Below, in pieces: positions 47,893 to 58,770 of a stretch of DNA of 64,000 nt. Made by a program: the position numbers and the translations under genes. The DNA lies in contig JBBTQW010000002.1 of assembly GCA_038065495.1 (NCBI GenBank), forward strand, positions 1,537 to 65,536, given 5' to 3'. The DNA comes from Patescibacteria group bacterium. GTDB taxonomy: Bacteria; Patescibacteriota; Minisyncoccia; Phycocordibacterales; JACOZG01. How positions within the stretch are numbered: position 1 is the first letter of the stretch; every line of letters begins with the position of its first letter. The notes under the pieces were generated by a model. It was not told the DNA's origin, did no database searches, and saw only the letters and a program-made list of their open reading frames with translations.

Positions 47893-49794
47893 ATGGCTAA
47901 AATTTTAGGCATTGATTTGGGAACGACTTACTCGGCGATGGCTTATATCGAGGGTGGGCAGCCCAAGATTATTGAGAATGCGGAAGGCGTGCGCACCACG
48001 CCCTCGATTGTCGCATTGGCGAAATCTGGGGAGAGGCTAGTTGGTCTGCTGGCCAAGCGCCAGGCTGTGACTAATCCCAAGAATACGGTGTATGGGGTGA
48101 AGCGCATGATGGGTCACAAGTTCTCGGATCCAAATGTGGAAAAAGATAAAAAGCTTGTGCCTTACGAGATTGCGGAAGCGGATGGTGGCGGCGTAAAAAT
48201 TAAATTAGGTGACAAGTTTTCCAGACCAGAAGAAATTTCGGCCATGATTTTGCAAAAGTTGAAGAAAGATGCGGAAGCTAAGTTGGGTGAGAAGATCGAA
48301 GAAGCGGTGATCACTGTGCCGGCTTACTTTGACGATTCGCAACGCAAGGCCACGCGTGATGCGGGCGAGATCGCGGGCTTTAAAGTCCGGAGGATCATTA
48401 ACGAACCAACAGCCGCGGCGCTGGCTTACGGCTTTAACAAGCGCAAAGATGAGAAAATCGCCGTGTATGACTACGGCGGCGGCACATTTGATATTTCTAT
48501 CTTAGACATCACCGGATCAGAGGGCGACCAGAGCATTATGGTTAAGTCGACTGATGGCGACTCGCACTTGGGTGGCGAAGATATTGACCAGAAAATTATC
48601 CGGTGGATTGCGGATGAATATAAAAAAGAAAGCGGCATAGATGTGACAAAAGATGAACTCGCTTTGCAACGCTTGAAAGAAGCGGCAGAGAAAGCGAAAC
48701 ACGAACTCTCTACAACTTTAGAATCAGAAATCAACATTCCGTTTATTACTTCTGATGCGTCCGGGCCAAAGCACTTGTTATTGAAACTATCGCGCGCGAA
48801 ATTGGAAGATCTTGCACGGGAATTTATCGACCGATCTATTAGTATTACAAAAAGGGCAGTGGAAGCATCTGGTTACAGTCTGTCAGAGATTAATGAAGTG
48901 ATTCTCGTTGGCGGGCAAACCAGAATGCCGGCAATTATTGAGGCGGTGAAGCAATACTTTGGCAAAGAGCCGAATCGCTCGATTAATCCAGATGAGGTTG
49001 TAGCGGCCGGCGCGGCGATCCAGGCCGGAATCTTCCAGGGTGATGTGAAAGATGTTTTGCTACTAGATGTAATTCCACTTTCGCTTGGCATCGAGACATT
49101 TGGTGGCGTGAGCACTAAGCTAATCGAGCGCAATACAACTATTCCGAGTTCAAAAGCGCAGATTTTCTCTACGGCGGCGGATAATCAAACATCAGTTGAG
49201 ATCCACATCACGCAAGGCGAGCGTCAGATGGCGGCAGATAATAAGTCGTTGGGGAGATTTATTTTAGACGGCATTCCACCATCACCGCGCGGCTTGCCGC
49301 AGGTGGAAGTAACTTTTGACGTTGACGCTAACGGCATCTTGAACGTCAAAGCCAAAGACAAAGCTACGAATCGTGAACAGTCTATCCGGATCGAAGCCAG
49401 GTCTGGCTTATCAGATGCGGATATTGAGAAAATGAAGAAAGATGCAGAATTGCATGCCGAAGAAGATAAACAGAAAAAGGAAACAGCTGAATCTAAAAAT
49501 CTCGCCGAGCAACTAATCTACACTGCCGAAAAAGCGCTAAAAGACGCCGGTGATAAAATCTCGAGTGAAATTAAGACGGATGTTGAGGCAAAAATTGCTG
49601 ATTTGCGAAAAGTAAAAGACGGCGCTGATTTAACTGCAATCAAGCAAGCCACGGGAGCACTCTCGACTTCGATGCAGAAAATTGGTGAAGCGATGGCGAA
49701 AAACGCGCAAGCAAATCCAGAACAAGCAAATACTGAACCGAAACCTGACGAAAATGGTGGAGCAGAGAATGTTCGTGACGCGGAAACTAAATAA
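47893..49794 (+). CDS. dnaK: chaperone DnaK (Hsp70)
   Basis: [28 protein letters not shown]. Confidence 0.95.
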   Translation: MAKILGIDLGTTYSAMAYIEGGQPKIIENAEGVRTTPSIVALAKSGERLVGLLAKRQAVTNPKNTVYGVKRMMGHKFSDPNVEKDKKLVPYEIAEADGGGVKIKLGDKFSRPEEISAMILQKLKKDAEAKLGEKIEEAVITVPAYFDDSQRKATRDAGEIAGFKVRRIINEPTAAALAYGFNKRKDEKIAVYDYGGGTFDISILDITGSEGDQSIMVKSTDGDSHLGGEDIDQKIIRWIADEYKKESGIDVTKDELALQRLKEAAEKAKHELSTTLESEINIPFITSDASGPKHLLLKLSRAKLEDLAREFIDRSISITKRAVEASGYSLSEINEVILVGGQTRMPAIIEAVKQYFGKEPNRSINPDEVVAAGAAIQAGIFQGDVKDVLLLDVIPLSLGIETFGGVSTKLIERNTTIPSSKAQIFSTAADNQTSVEIHITQGERQMAADNKSLGRFILDGIPPSPRGLPQVEVTFDVDANGILNVKAKDKATNREQSIRIEARSGLSDADIEKMKKDAELHAEEDKQKKETAESKNLAEQLIYTAEKALKDAGDKISSEIKTDVEAKIADLRKVKDGADLTAIKQATGALSTSMQKIGEAMAKNAQANPEQANTEPKPDENGGAENVRDAETK

Positions 49795-49816
49795 AAAGTT
49801 CACAGATAAATAATTA

Positions 49817-50887
49817 ATGAAAGATTATTACGCTGTTTTGGGAATAGAGCGAACTGCGACAAAAGACGAGATTCGCAAAGCTTTTACGCGCCTGGCGCAC
49901 AAACATCATCCCGATAAAAAAGGCGGCAATGAGAGCAAGTTCAAAGAAGTGAACGAAGCTTATCAGGTCCTCTCTGATGATGCTAAGCGACAGCAATACG
50001 ATCATGTTGGCACGACCGGTGGCGCTGGTATGGGCGGCAATGGCGGCTGGGACTTTAGCAACTTTAGCGGCGCCGATGGTGCGGGCATGAACTTCGACTT
50101 TGGCGAGATTTTCAGTGATTTCTTCAACAACGCTGGTGGTAGAGCCGGGCAGAGAATCCGCCGGGGACGAGATATTTCGGTTGATATCCAGATTCCGTTT
50201 ACTGAAGCAATTTTTGGCACCGAACGGAATGTGTTGATCACGAAAGTTGGCACTTGCGATACATGCCAAGGCTCTGGCGCGAGCGAAAACTCTACCCGCA
50301 AGACTTGCGCTACCTGTAATGGCAAAGGGCAAATTCAAGAAACTCGGCGCTCGTTCTTGGGTAACTTTACTACTGCGCGTGAGTGTGAGACTTGCAATGG
50401 CAGCGGCAAAGTGCCAGAGAAGCCGTGCGCCACTTGCCACGGACGCGGCGTCTTGCGCAAAACGGAAGAGGTCAAGATTACCATCCCGGCCGGTACAGAT
50501 AATGGTGAGATGATCAGATTGTCTCAGCGGGGTGAGGCTATCCCGAGTGGCGTGGCTGGTGACTTGTACGTGCGCGTGCATGTGGAACCGCATCAGACCT
50601 TTAAGCGCGACGGTCACAACTTGACGATGAATTTGGAAATTAAGCTTAGCGATGCTTTGCTCGGCGCGGAATATGCGATCAAAACGCTGGACGGCCAGAT
50701 TACACTAAAAATTCCGGAGGGAATAAATTATGGCGAAATTCTGCGCGTTAAGCAGCAGGGTGTGCCGCAAGGCCACGCTACCAGCAAGCGCGGCGATCTC
50801 TTGATCCGGATTATTACCAAAACACCAACCAAGCTTTCCAAAAAAGCGAGAATTTTAGTAGAGGAGTTGAAGGGGGAGGGGGTTTAG
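49817..50887 (+). CDS. dnaJ: chaperone DnaJ
   Basis: J-domain with HPD, Gly-rich linker, and four CxxCxGxG zinc-finger repeats. Confidence 0.9.
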   Translation: MKDYYAVLGIERTATKDEIRKAFTRLAHKHHPDKKGGNESKFKEVNEAYQVLSDDAKRQQYDHVGTTGGAGMGGNGGWDFSNFSGADGAGMNFDFGEIFSDFFNNAGGRAGQRIRRGRDISVDIQIPFTEAIFGTERNVLITKVGTCDTCQGSGASENSTRKTCATCNGKGQIQETRRSFLGNFTTARECETCNGSGKVPEKPCATCHGRGVLRKTEEVKITIPAGTDNGEMIRLSQRGEAIPSGVAGDLYVRVHVEPHQTFKRDGHNLTMNLEIKLSDALLGAEYAIKTLDGQITLKIPEGINYGEILRVKQQGVPQGHATSKRGDLLIRIITKTPTKLSKKARILVEELKGEGV

Positions 50888-50953
50888 CTAATTGAGTTTG
50901 AGATTCTGTGGCTTTTGTGATACGATTTGGGTACAAAAAAATACTGATATCTT

Positions 50954-52504
50954 ATGGTGAAAAGAACCTTCGTTTTAACGGGGAAAGACCTAAAAATAGC
51001 TGAGATTTACAGCTTAGTTAACGACCCAAGTATTAACGTAGAAGTCTCTCCAGAAGCTCTGGAAAACATCAAGAAGTCTAATCTATTTATTGAAAAAAGA
51101 AAGAAGGATGGTGTTGTGTATGGCCTGAACACTGGCTTTGGTCCAATGGCTTCTTATTTGGTCAGTGATACCGAGATAATTAATCTTCAGTATAACTTAG
51201 TAAGAAGCCACGCGGTTGGGATGGGCGAACCAATAAGTGAAACCTACTCTCTTGCCGCAATGCTTGTACGTCTGAATACTTTGATCAAAGGTTATTCTGG
51301 TGTGTCGATTGATTTGATTAATAAATTGTTGTGTTTTATCAACAAACGTATCGTCCCCGTTATTTATGAACATGGTGCGGTGGGCACTAGTGGCGACTTG
51401 GTACAGTTGGCTCATATTGCCCTTGCTCTAATTGGTGAAGGTGAGGTTTTTTATGAAGGTGTCAGGCAATCAACATCGGTTGTTATTAGCAAACTCGGAA
51501 TCGAGCCTCATCAGTTGAGGATCAAAGAGGGTTTAGCATTGATTAACGGCACTTCGGTAATGAGCGCAATCGCAGCCATTTTGTGTGTTAATGCTACAAG
51601 CGTTTTAAACACTGAAACAAAATTGGGAGCATTGTCGTTGGAGCTGGTCCGCGCCTTCAAAGATAGTCTTGATGAGAAATTGCATCAACTGCGACCGCAC
51701 CCGGGTCAGGTGTATGTCGCTGAGCGGTTAAGAACCATTCTCGATTCTTCAAAACTAATGCGGGATCGAGAAATGTTTACTCCGGAACGAGATCAGACTA
51801 ATTCGGTCAACAAAATCTCTGAGATGGTTCAGGAGGTTTACTCTATCCGTTGTTTGGCCCAGATACTCGGACCAGTTTACGAGTCAATTGAGAAAGCCAG
51901 AGAAATTATTGAAGTAGAAATAAACTCGGCTACCGATAACCCAATCGTTGATTGGGAACAAGAGCGGTTTCTCCATGGCGGCAACTTCCATGGCGATTAC
52001 GTGGCTTATGCTGTTGATCAACTCAAGATGACCATGGTTAAACTAAGTATCCTTTCCGAAAGACGGATTAATTTTTTCTTGAACACTAACGTGAATAAGT
52101 CTTTCCCGCCATTTTTGAACCTCAAACAACCAGGGTTAACTTTGGCATTACAGGGTTTACAATTTGTGGCCACTTCAACCACAGCCCAGAACCAAACTCT
52201 GGCTTTCCCGCAATATGTTCACTCTATTTCAACTAATGGTGACAATCAAGATGTGGTAAGCATGGGTACTGATGCGGCACTATTGTGCGCAAAAGTAATT
52301 GAAAATAATTACATTGTCCAAGCAATCGAACTAGTCACTTTATCTCAATGCGTAGATTTCCTAAGATGCTCGGACCAGCTCTCAAATTCGACTAAAGAAA
52401 TGTTTGCTGGGATTAGAAAGATTTTTCCCGAAGTAATGGACGATCGAGTGATTATAGATGATCTGAAAAACGCTGTCGGGTTTCTGAAATCAAAGTCTCA
52501 TTAG
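50954..52504 (+). CDS. MIO-dependent aromatic amino acid ammonia-lyase/aminomutase family protein (HAL/PAL/TAL-like)
   Basis: 516 aa with the family architecture. GAVGTSGDLVQLAH corresponds to the MIO-forming tripeptide region but reads Thr-Ser-Gly rather than the usual Ala-Ser-Gly. GLALINGTS is also present. Confidence 0.8.
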   Translation: MVKRTFVLTGKDLKIAEIYSLVNDPSINVEVSPEALENIKKSNLFIEKRKKDGVVYGLNTGFGPMASYLVSDTEIINLQYNLVRSHAVGMGEPISETYSLAAMLVRLNTLIKGYSGVSIDLINKLLCFINKRIVPVIYEHGAVGTSGDLVQLAHIALALIGEGEVFYEGVRQSTSVVISKLGIEPHQLRIKEGLALINGTSVMSAIAAILCVNATSVLNTETKLGALSLELVRAFKDSLDEKLHQLRPHPGQVYVAERLRTILDSSKLMRDREMFTPERDQTNSVNKISEMVQEVYSIRCLAQILGPVYESIEKAREIIEVEINSATDNPIVDWEQERFLHGGNFHGDYVAYAVDQLKMTMVKLSILSERRINFFLNTNVNKSFPPFLNLKQPGLTLALQGLQFVATSTTAQNQTLAFPQYVHSISTNGDNQDVVSMGTDAALLCAKVIENNYIVQAIELVTLSQCVDFLRCSDQLSNSTKEMFAGIRKIFPEVMDDRVIIDDLKNAVGFLKSKSH

Positions 52505-52513
52505 TTTGCCAAG

Positions 52514-53620
52514 ATGCAACAGCCAATATTTTTTAAGAATCGTTCGGAAATACCAGCTGGTGCTGAAATAATTGACTCTGTTGAAGGCAGCCTTCGCGAG
52601 CTTTTCTTTATCCAGAATCCTCAGTTCAAAAAAGAAATGCCAACGGCGGTTGGGCCACTGAAAGAATTCCTGTCCACACAAAAAACCGAGGGGATTTGGA
52701 TCTATTTGCCTTGGAGTAAAAAGATCATTCACTCTCTACCAGAGGAGTTATACTACAAATTGAGGACCACTCGTAACAGAAATATTATTAACGATGCCGA
52801 ACAAACTAATTACCGGAGCATCTCTGTGGGCATTGCTGGTTTATCTGTTGGTTCGGCTATTCTCTCGGCGCTGGTAACAAGTGGCGGTCCCAAAAAATTG
52901 AAAATTGCCGACTTTGATACTATTGAGGTTTCTAATCTTAACAGAATCCACGCAAAAATTACTGATCTCGGTAGTAACAAGGCCGAAGTAGCAGCAAGAA
53001 ATGTTTGGGAATTAGATCCCTTTGCTGAGTTATCAGTTTGGAGTTCTGGTGTTACTAAAGACAATATCGAAGATTTTGTGGCTGGGGCGCCAAAGCTGGA
53101 TGTATTTATTGATGAAATGGACAGCATTGATCTAAAGATTATTTCTCGCCTAGTGTGTAAAAAACTTAAGATTCCAGTCTTGATGGCGACAGACAATGGT
53201 GACGGAATAATACTAGATGTAGAGAGATTTGACCTTGAGCCGGATAGAAAGATTTTCCATGGTTTAGTTCAGAATGAGATTGATGAGAATTCTCCATCTG
53301 ACTTTGCTAATTTGGACTTTAAGAAGTGGTTGAGGCTAGCTACTATGATTGTCCACCCAGACTTTCTAACAGAAAGAATGATTGATTCTATACCGCAAAT
53401 TGGTAAGACTATTTCAGCTATTCCTCAATTGGGTACAAGTGCTTCGGTTGCCGGTACGGCTACTTCGTTTGTGGTAAGAAGAATTGCTAATAAAGAAGCC
53501 ATGCCATCTGGCAGGTATACTCTTAATTTTGAAGAGGTCTTTATTCCCGGGTATAAAGATCCTGTTTCAGTGGAACAGAGAGATAACAAGAAGAAAAAGT
53601 TTTTGGCAGCTTTTAAATAA
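52514..53620 (+). CDS. ThiF/MoeB/E1-like adenylyltransferase with ~100-aa N-terminal extension
   Basis: Rossmann motif ISVGIAGLSVGSAILSAL, then DFDTIEVSNLNRI and DEMDSIDLK.. typical of E1-like enzymes. The N-terminal extension could be a peptide/substrate clamp (inference). Confidence 0.7.
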   Translation: MQQPIFFKNRSEIPAGAEIIDSVEGSLRELFFIQNPQFKKEMPTAVGPLKEFLSTQKTEGIWIYLPWSKKIIHSLPEELYYKLRTTRNRNIINDAEQTNYRSISVGIAGLSVGSAILSALVTSGGPKKLKIADFDTIEVSNLNRIHAKITDLGSNKAEVAARNVWELDPFAELSVWSSGVTKDNIEDFVAGAPKLDVFIDEMDSIDLKIISRLVCKKLKIPVLMATDNGDGIILDVERFDLEPDRKIFHGLVQNEIDENSPSDFANLDFKKWLRLATMIVHPDFLTERMIDSIPQIGKTISAIPQLGTSASVAGTATSFVVRRIANKEAMPSGRYTLNFEEVFIPGYKDPVSVEQRDNKKKKFLAAFK

Positions 53621-53626
53621 GTTATC

Positions 53627-55075
53627 ATGAATCTAAAATCGAACAAGTTTTCTGTTGACTTCAAAAGGATCAGAAGCATAAAGGCTTATAGAAGTTTTTT
53701 ATTGAGACACAAAATAAAACTGAGCTCGCTCAAAACATCTAAAGACCTTCTTAAATTGCCGGTGACTGATAAGGCCAGTTATATTAACAAGTTTAGACCA
53801 GAGAGTTTGTTATTTAAGGGCAAAGTCCCACCGATGATTTCTGCTAGTTCCGGATCGTCGGGACAGCCTAATTTCTGGTTTCGCGACGATAAACAAGAAG
53901 AAGTTGGCGGCGAAATACATCGGATTATTCTAGATAAGATCTTTGATATTAATAAAAAAGACAGCACCTTGGTGGTAATTTGCTTCTCCATGGGCGTTTG
54001 GATTGCGGGCAGCTATACGCTTAGTAGTTTCCGTTATACAGCCAGGAAAGGTTACAGCCTGAGTGTCATTTCACCTGGTATTGATAAAGAAGACACCTTA
54101 AATATTCTGAAAAATTTGGCCCCAAGATTCAAGAACTTGATTTTGGCGGGTTACCCACCGTTTATTATGGATGTTATTAACGATGCCGCTAAAGAGGGGA
54201 TTGAATTAAAAAACAGGAAGATAAAAATAATCACCTCTGGTGACAAGTTCTCCGAGAAATGGCGCTCGGATCTACTGGCGATGCTTAACGAGAAAGACAT
54301 GAACGCGTCTCTCATTGGTATTTATGGTTCGGCAGACGCTGGAATATTGGGTCACGAAACACCCCTATCGATTTTCTTGAGAAGAGAGACCCTGGCAAAC
54401 AAAGCACTAGGTCAGGAACTTTTTGGTGACCGAGTTGGACCAATTCCAGCCCTAGTACAGTATTACCCCTCAGAGGTCAATTTTGAAACTGTTTCAAACG
54501 AGCTAGTTCTAACCACCAAGACGGCCATGCCACTTATGCGATACAACATTCACGATACCGGAAGAACCTTAAATTATGCGGAAATAAAAAACATTTTAGA
54601 TAAGCATAATTTAACAAAAAAGGCGGTCAAATTTGGTTTGAATTACTGGAAACTGCCACTCTTGATCTTAAGTGGTAGAACAGATGTTGCTGTTACTTTT
54701 TATGCATTAAACATCTACCCAGAAAATATCAAATCTTCGATTGAAGACCCAAGAATAACCAAATTTCTCACCGGAAACTATAGTGCTTTCAGTAAAACGT
54801 CAGAGAAAAGTAAGACGGAGAGACTCTATATAAAACTAGAATTAGCCAACCCGAAGATAAATGGCAAGAAGATTCACCGATTGGTAACGAATGTTTTGGT
54901 CGAAAAGCTAAGTGAGCTTAACATCGAATACAGAAAGTTGCGCTCAGCCATAGGCAAAAAAGCTCTGCCAGTGGTTATTTTCACAAACCCCAACGACAAT
55001 GGCCTAAACAACATCAATGAAAGAAGGCTCTTGTCTTTGAACGGAAAAAAACCGAAAGTTATTTTAATGAAATAA
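53627..55075 (+). CDS. PaaK/coenzyme-F390-synthetase-like adenylate-forming enzyme
   Basis: ANL-type phosphate-binding motif ISASSGSSGQPNFW (compare SSGTTGKP in PaaK). Size and layout are consistent with the PaaK/CapK family. Confidence 0.55.
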   Translation: MNLKSNKFSVDFKRIRSIKAYRSFLLRHKIKLSSLKTSKDLLKLPVTDKASYINKFRPESLLFKGKVPPMISASSGSSGQPNFWFRDDKQEEVGGEIHRIILDKIFDINKKDSTLVVICFSMGVWIAGSYTLSSFRYTARKGYSLSVISPGIDKEDTLNILKNLAPRFKNLILAGYPPFIMDVINDAAKEGIELKNRKIKIITSGDKFSEKWRSDLLAMLNEKDMNASLIGIYGSADAGILGHETPLSIFLRRETLANKALGQELFGDRVGPIPALVQYYPSEVNFETVSNELVLTTKTAMPLMRYNIHDTGRTLNYAEIKNILDKHNLTKKAVKFGLNYWKLPLLILSGRTDVAVTFYALNIYPENIKSSIEDPRITKFLTGNYSAFSKTSEKSKTERLYIKLELANPKINGKKIHRLVTNVLVEKLSELNIEYRKLRSAIGKKALPVVIFTNPNDNGLNNINERRLLSLNGKKPKVILMK

Positions 55076-56133
55076 TGTCAAACGACGATATCCAGGAGAT
55101 TATTGACTTAGCCATCTGGGCCCCATCGGGAGACAACTCTCAACCATGGAGGTTCCAGATTATCGAAAACAAGTTACGAATCTTTAATATACCGAACCGC
55201 GATAATCCTATATTAAACTTTCAACAAAGTGGGTCGTATCTTGCTCATGGCGCTTTAATCGAAAACCTCAATCTTTTAGCAAAAGTCCGTGGTTACGATT
55301 CAACGATAATTCTTTTTCCAGATAAAACAAACTCAGATTTTGTAGCAGAGATCACTCTAGTGAGAAATGCGTTGGGTCAGGTATCTGATAATCTCGAACA
55401 ATACGTGAGCAAGAGACACACCAATCGCAAACCTTATCAAACTGAACCACTTGATGAGCCTACGGCTGAAGCATTGAAAGGAGCCGTGAGTCAAGAATAT
55501 GGTCAAGTCGTTTTAGTTACTGATAGAAAAAAGATAGACCAAGTGGCGCCACTTCTCAGTAATATGGAGAGAATCGCTCTCGAGAACAAGGATCTCCACC
55601 ATTCTTTTTTTAGAAGTATCTTTTGGAACAAAGTTAGAAATCAAAAGGGAAAACCAGGATTGTTTATAGAAACTCTAGAGTTGCCACCACCCGCTAGGCC
55701 ACTTTTTAAGTTATTAAAATTTTGGCCGGTGACCTGTTTTGCTAATTTTTTTGGCTTCTCACGTTTGGCAAGCAAGGGTAACGCTAAACTTTATGCCCAA
55801 TCTGGTGCCTATATTGCAATTATGAGTAAGCAAGACGATCCAGTGGGTTTTGTAAATGCCGGACGCTTGATGCAGAGAGCCTGGCTGACTGCAACTTCCC
55901 TCAGTCTTAGCGTCCAACCAGTCACCGGGGTTTTATTTATGGGTCGACGCTTTCTCTCTGGTGACACGGGCGATTTTACTCAAGAACATGTTGATTTGGC
56001 CGTTTCTTCTTATCAAAAACTGCGGTCGATAGTTGGTCTTTCGGATCAAGATACTATCGCAATACTACTTCGTGTTGGATATGGAAAAACAGCAACGGCG
56101 AGATCGGGAAGGATGGATCCGGTCTACGCCTAG
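55075..56133 (+). CDS. nitroreductase-family flavoprotein (SagB/McbC-like or tandem nitroreductase)
   Basis: AIWAPSGDNSQPWRF motif near the N-terminus; the C-terminal half is again nitroreductase-like. Confidence 0.65.
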   Translation: MSNDDIQEIIDLAIWAPSGDNSQPWRFQIIENKLRIFNIPNRDNPILNFQQSGSYLAHGALIENLNLLAKVRGYDSTIILFPDKTNSDFVAEITLVRNALGQVSDNLEQYVSKRHTNRKPYQTEPLDEPTAEALKGAVSQEYGQVVLVTDRKKIDQVAPLLSNMERIALENKDLHHSFFRSIFWNKVRNQKGKPGLFIETLELPPPARPLFKLLKFWPVTCFANFFGFSRLASKGNAKLYAQSGAYIAIMSKQDDPVGFVNAGRLMQRAWLTATSLSLSVQPVTGVLFMGRRFLSGDTGDFTQEHVDLAVSSYQKLRSIVGLSDQDTIAILLRVGYGKTATARSGRMDPVYA

Positions 56134-56194
56134 AACAAGAAGTGAGTCCTTTAAACTAAGTGTTATTTAATTTATACTTAAGACACCAAACTAT

Positions 56195-57139
56195 ATGGGA
56201 ATGGGAAAAAGGTTAATAGAAGTCAACGGTATTGTGCAAGACCTAAGGTCGCTTAAAAGTATGGGCGACGGTCAGCACGATTACGCGATTGAGCAGAATA
56301 TTATTTTTTTTGAAGCAATTAAAAATCCGATAAGCTATTTAAAATGGTTATTTTGGCAGGCCCCCAAAATTAATGGTCACGAATTACAGGAAATAAATGA
56401 TCTTTTGCCCAAATATGATTTATTTATGCATACCAAACTTATTGAGATGGAGAAGAAAAGATTTCCTGGTTTAGTCGAACCAATAGTTGATCGTCTAACA
56501 AATTTAATTAACCAAGAACTACGAACGGTGACCCTGATTAATCTTGGTAGTGGTGGAATGGAAGTCGAGAGACAGGTGATAAATAGGCTCATAAAAATGG
56601 GCCATGACTATCCTGTTGTTTTTGTTGGCGTTGACCAATCTAGCGAGACTCGTCTGTTAGCAAGGAATAATCTTGCTTCCTTTGAAAGAAAGATCTTGAT
56701 CACCGAAAAGGATGATCTTTCTCAAATTGATCTAGATAAAATAAAAAGCAAAGATCAAAATAATCAGTATAAAGTTGTTCTTTGCGGAAATGATATTTTT
56801 AGACTGCCCGATAATTTTAAGAAAAAATACTTTGATTTTGGGTTACACTCACTTTTCAGACATCATCTTAATGAAAAACAAAAAAATAGATTAGATGAGG
56901 TTTTGCAATCAATTGCGGATACCACGCTGGAATATGACGGCTTTAAAGATTGGTTTGGGATCTTGCCCCAAACCATAATCGGTTGGAAACACCCTGTTTT
57001 TTTGAACGCAGAAATTTTTTCAAATTTACGTTTTTCTACAAAGTTTAAAATAAAACAGGAAGTTGAAAAAAGGGGCTGGAGGAGTGTTAAATTGAATTTT
57101 TCAAAAATAGGATACTACTTGCTACAATGTTATCACTAA
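56195..57139 (+). CDS. hypothetical protein, possible Rossmann/methyltransferase-like
   Basis: TLINLGSGGMEVER...VVFVGVDQS weakly resembles SAM-MTase motif I. Low certainty. Last gene of the low-GC operon. Confidence 0.3.
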   Translation: MGMGKRLIEVNGIVQDLRSLKSMGDGQHDYAIEQNIIFFEAIKNPISYLKWLFWQAPKINGHELQEINDLLPKYDLFMHTKLIEMEKKRFPGLVEPIVDRLTNLINQELRTVTLINLGSGGMEVERQVINRLIKMGHDYPVVFVGVDQSSETRLLARNNLASFERKILITEKDDLSQIDLDKIKSKDQNNQYKVVLCGNDIFRLPDNFKKKYFDFGLHSLFRHHLNEKQKNRLDEVLQSIADTTLEYDGFKDWFGILPQTIIGWKHPVFLNAEIFSNLRFSTKFKIKQEVEKRGWRSVKLNFSKIGYYLLQCYH

Positions 57140-58758
57140 ACTTTTCACTCCTAAATAATCTCGGTCTCTTATCTGTAGCCGTAACCATAGCTGGTATGCT
57201 AATTTTGGGATTTACCATTTTTTTTAATGGCCGAAAGAGTATTACCAATCGGGCGTTTTTAATATTATCGTGGTCCGCGGCATTTTGGAGTCTTGTTAAT
57301 TATATAAGTTATCAGATAAAAGCTAATTCGGGAGCAATCTTTTTTTGGAGATTAGAATTATTTTTTGCTGTTTGGTTTGCCTTTTCTCTATTTTATTTTT
57401 TGATAGTATTTCCTCAACAAAAAGGCGTTTCCCAAAAAAAAGGTATTTTAATGGTTTTTAGCGCCTCTGTATTCGTTTCTATTTTAACGTTAACACCTCT
57501 CGTTTTTCGTGAAGTTACCGCCGTAAATGAAAACGGTTACGTATCAAAAATAAAAAATGGCTGGGGGATGGCTTTATTTGGTGGCCTAGTCGCAGTTTTG
57601 TTACTTTCTGGTTTGTATGTTTTCATTAAAAAAACATTAAAGGTAGCGCGGCCTAACAAAAAACCCTTTTCCCTTATTTTAATCGGAATGATCACAAGCT
57701 GGTCATTAATTATAGTATTTAATTTCTTACTCCCCGCCTTTTTTGATAATCCAAGATTTATTCCGCTCGGTGCTTTATTCATCTTTCCTCTAATTGCTTT
57801 CACCTCCTATGCCATCATTAAACACGGCTTATTGAATATCAAAGTGGTCACGACCGAAATCCTAACCTTTATCCTTGCCGTTGTCACTTTCTCGGAAATT
57901 ATTTTTGCGACGGAGTTGTCGCAGATTATTTTCCGGAGTAGCGTGTTTTTGCTCGTGCTAGTCTTTGGGATCTTGCTCATCAAGGGCGTGCGTAAAGAAG
58001 TCGAACAGCGGGAAAAAATCGAAATTTTGGCGACCGAGTTGACCCTGGCAAACGATAAACTGCGCGAACTGGATAAGCAGAAAACGGAATTCCTCTCCAT
58101 CGCCTCGCATCAGTTGCGGGCGCCACTGACGGCAATTAAAGGCTACTCGTCGCTCTTACTCGAGAAATCTTTCGGCGAGATTAGTGAGAAAGTAAGGGGC
58201 GCGGTAGATGTGATCTTCCAATCCAGTCAGAAGCTAGTGACGGTAATTGAAGATTTTCTTAACATCACGCGCATTGAGCTGGGTAAAATGAAGTACGAAA
58301 TGGCCCAAGTGGATCTGAAGCAATTGGTTGAGACGGCCGTTAAAGAGTTGCATAATCAAATCGCGGCGAAAGGTTTGGAGTTGAGGGTGAATATTCCGAC
58401 CGGTTTGGACTTCAAAGTCAACGCTGATGCCGGCAAGATCGCGCAGGTCATTGGTAACTTGATTGATAATGCGACTAAGTACACTAAACAGGGTAGTATC
58501 ACGATTTCTCTTAGCAAGCCGCTGGGCACAAGCAAAGTGCGATTGGAAATTACCGACACGGGCATTGGTATGACGCCCGGTGCTCACGCCCAACTCTTCC
58601 AGAAGTTTACCCGTGCCACCGATGCCGGCAAGGTCAATATTATCGGCACTGGCTTGGGCCTGTATGTGGCCAAGCAGATCGTGGAGGCGCATCATGGCCA
58701 GATCTGGGCCGAGTCGCCCGGGCCGGGCAAGGGAAGTGTGTTTTATGTTGAGATTTAA
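57127..58758 (+). CDS. sensor histidine kinase with multi-TM N-terminal sensor
   Basis: About six TM helices, HisKA H-box FLSIASHQLRAPLTAIKGY, and HATPase_c G-boxes (GTGLGLYVAKQIV). No response regulator is seen nearby. Confidence 0.85.
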   Translation: MLSLNFSLLNNLGLLSVAVTIAGMLILGFTIFFNGRKSITNRAFLILSWSAAFWSLVNYISYQIKANSGAIFFWRLELFFAVWFAFSLFYFLIVFPQQKGVSQKKGILMVFSASVFVSILTLTPLVFREVTAVNENGYVSKIKNGWGMALFGGLVAVLLLSGLYVFIKKTLKVARPNKKPFSLILIGMITSWSLIIVFNFLLPAFFDNPRFIPLGALFIFPLIAFTSYAIIKHGLLNIKVVTTEILTFILAVVTFSEIIFATELSQIIFRSSVFLLVLVFGILLIKGVRKEVEQREKIEILATELTLANDKLRELDKQKTEFLSIASHQLRAPLTAIKGYSSLLLEKSFGEISEKVRGAVDVIFQSSQKLVTVIEDFLNITRIELGKMKYEMAQVDLKQLVETAVKELHNQIAAKGLELRVNIPTGLDFKVNADAGKIAQVIGNLIDNATKYTKQGSITISLSKPLGTSKVRLEITDTGIGMTPGAHAQLFQKFTRATDAGKVNIIGTGLGLYVAKQIVEAHHGQIWAESPGPGKGSVFYVEI

Positions 58759-58770
58759 AATAAAATAACA

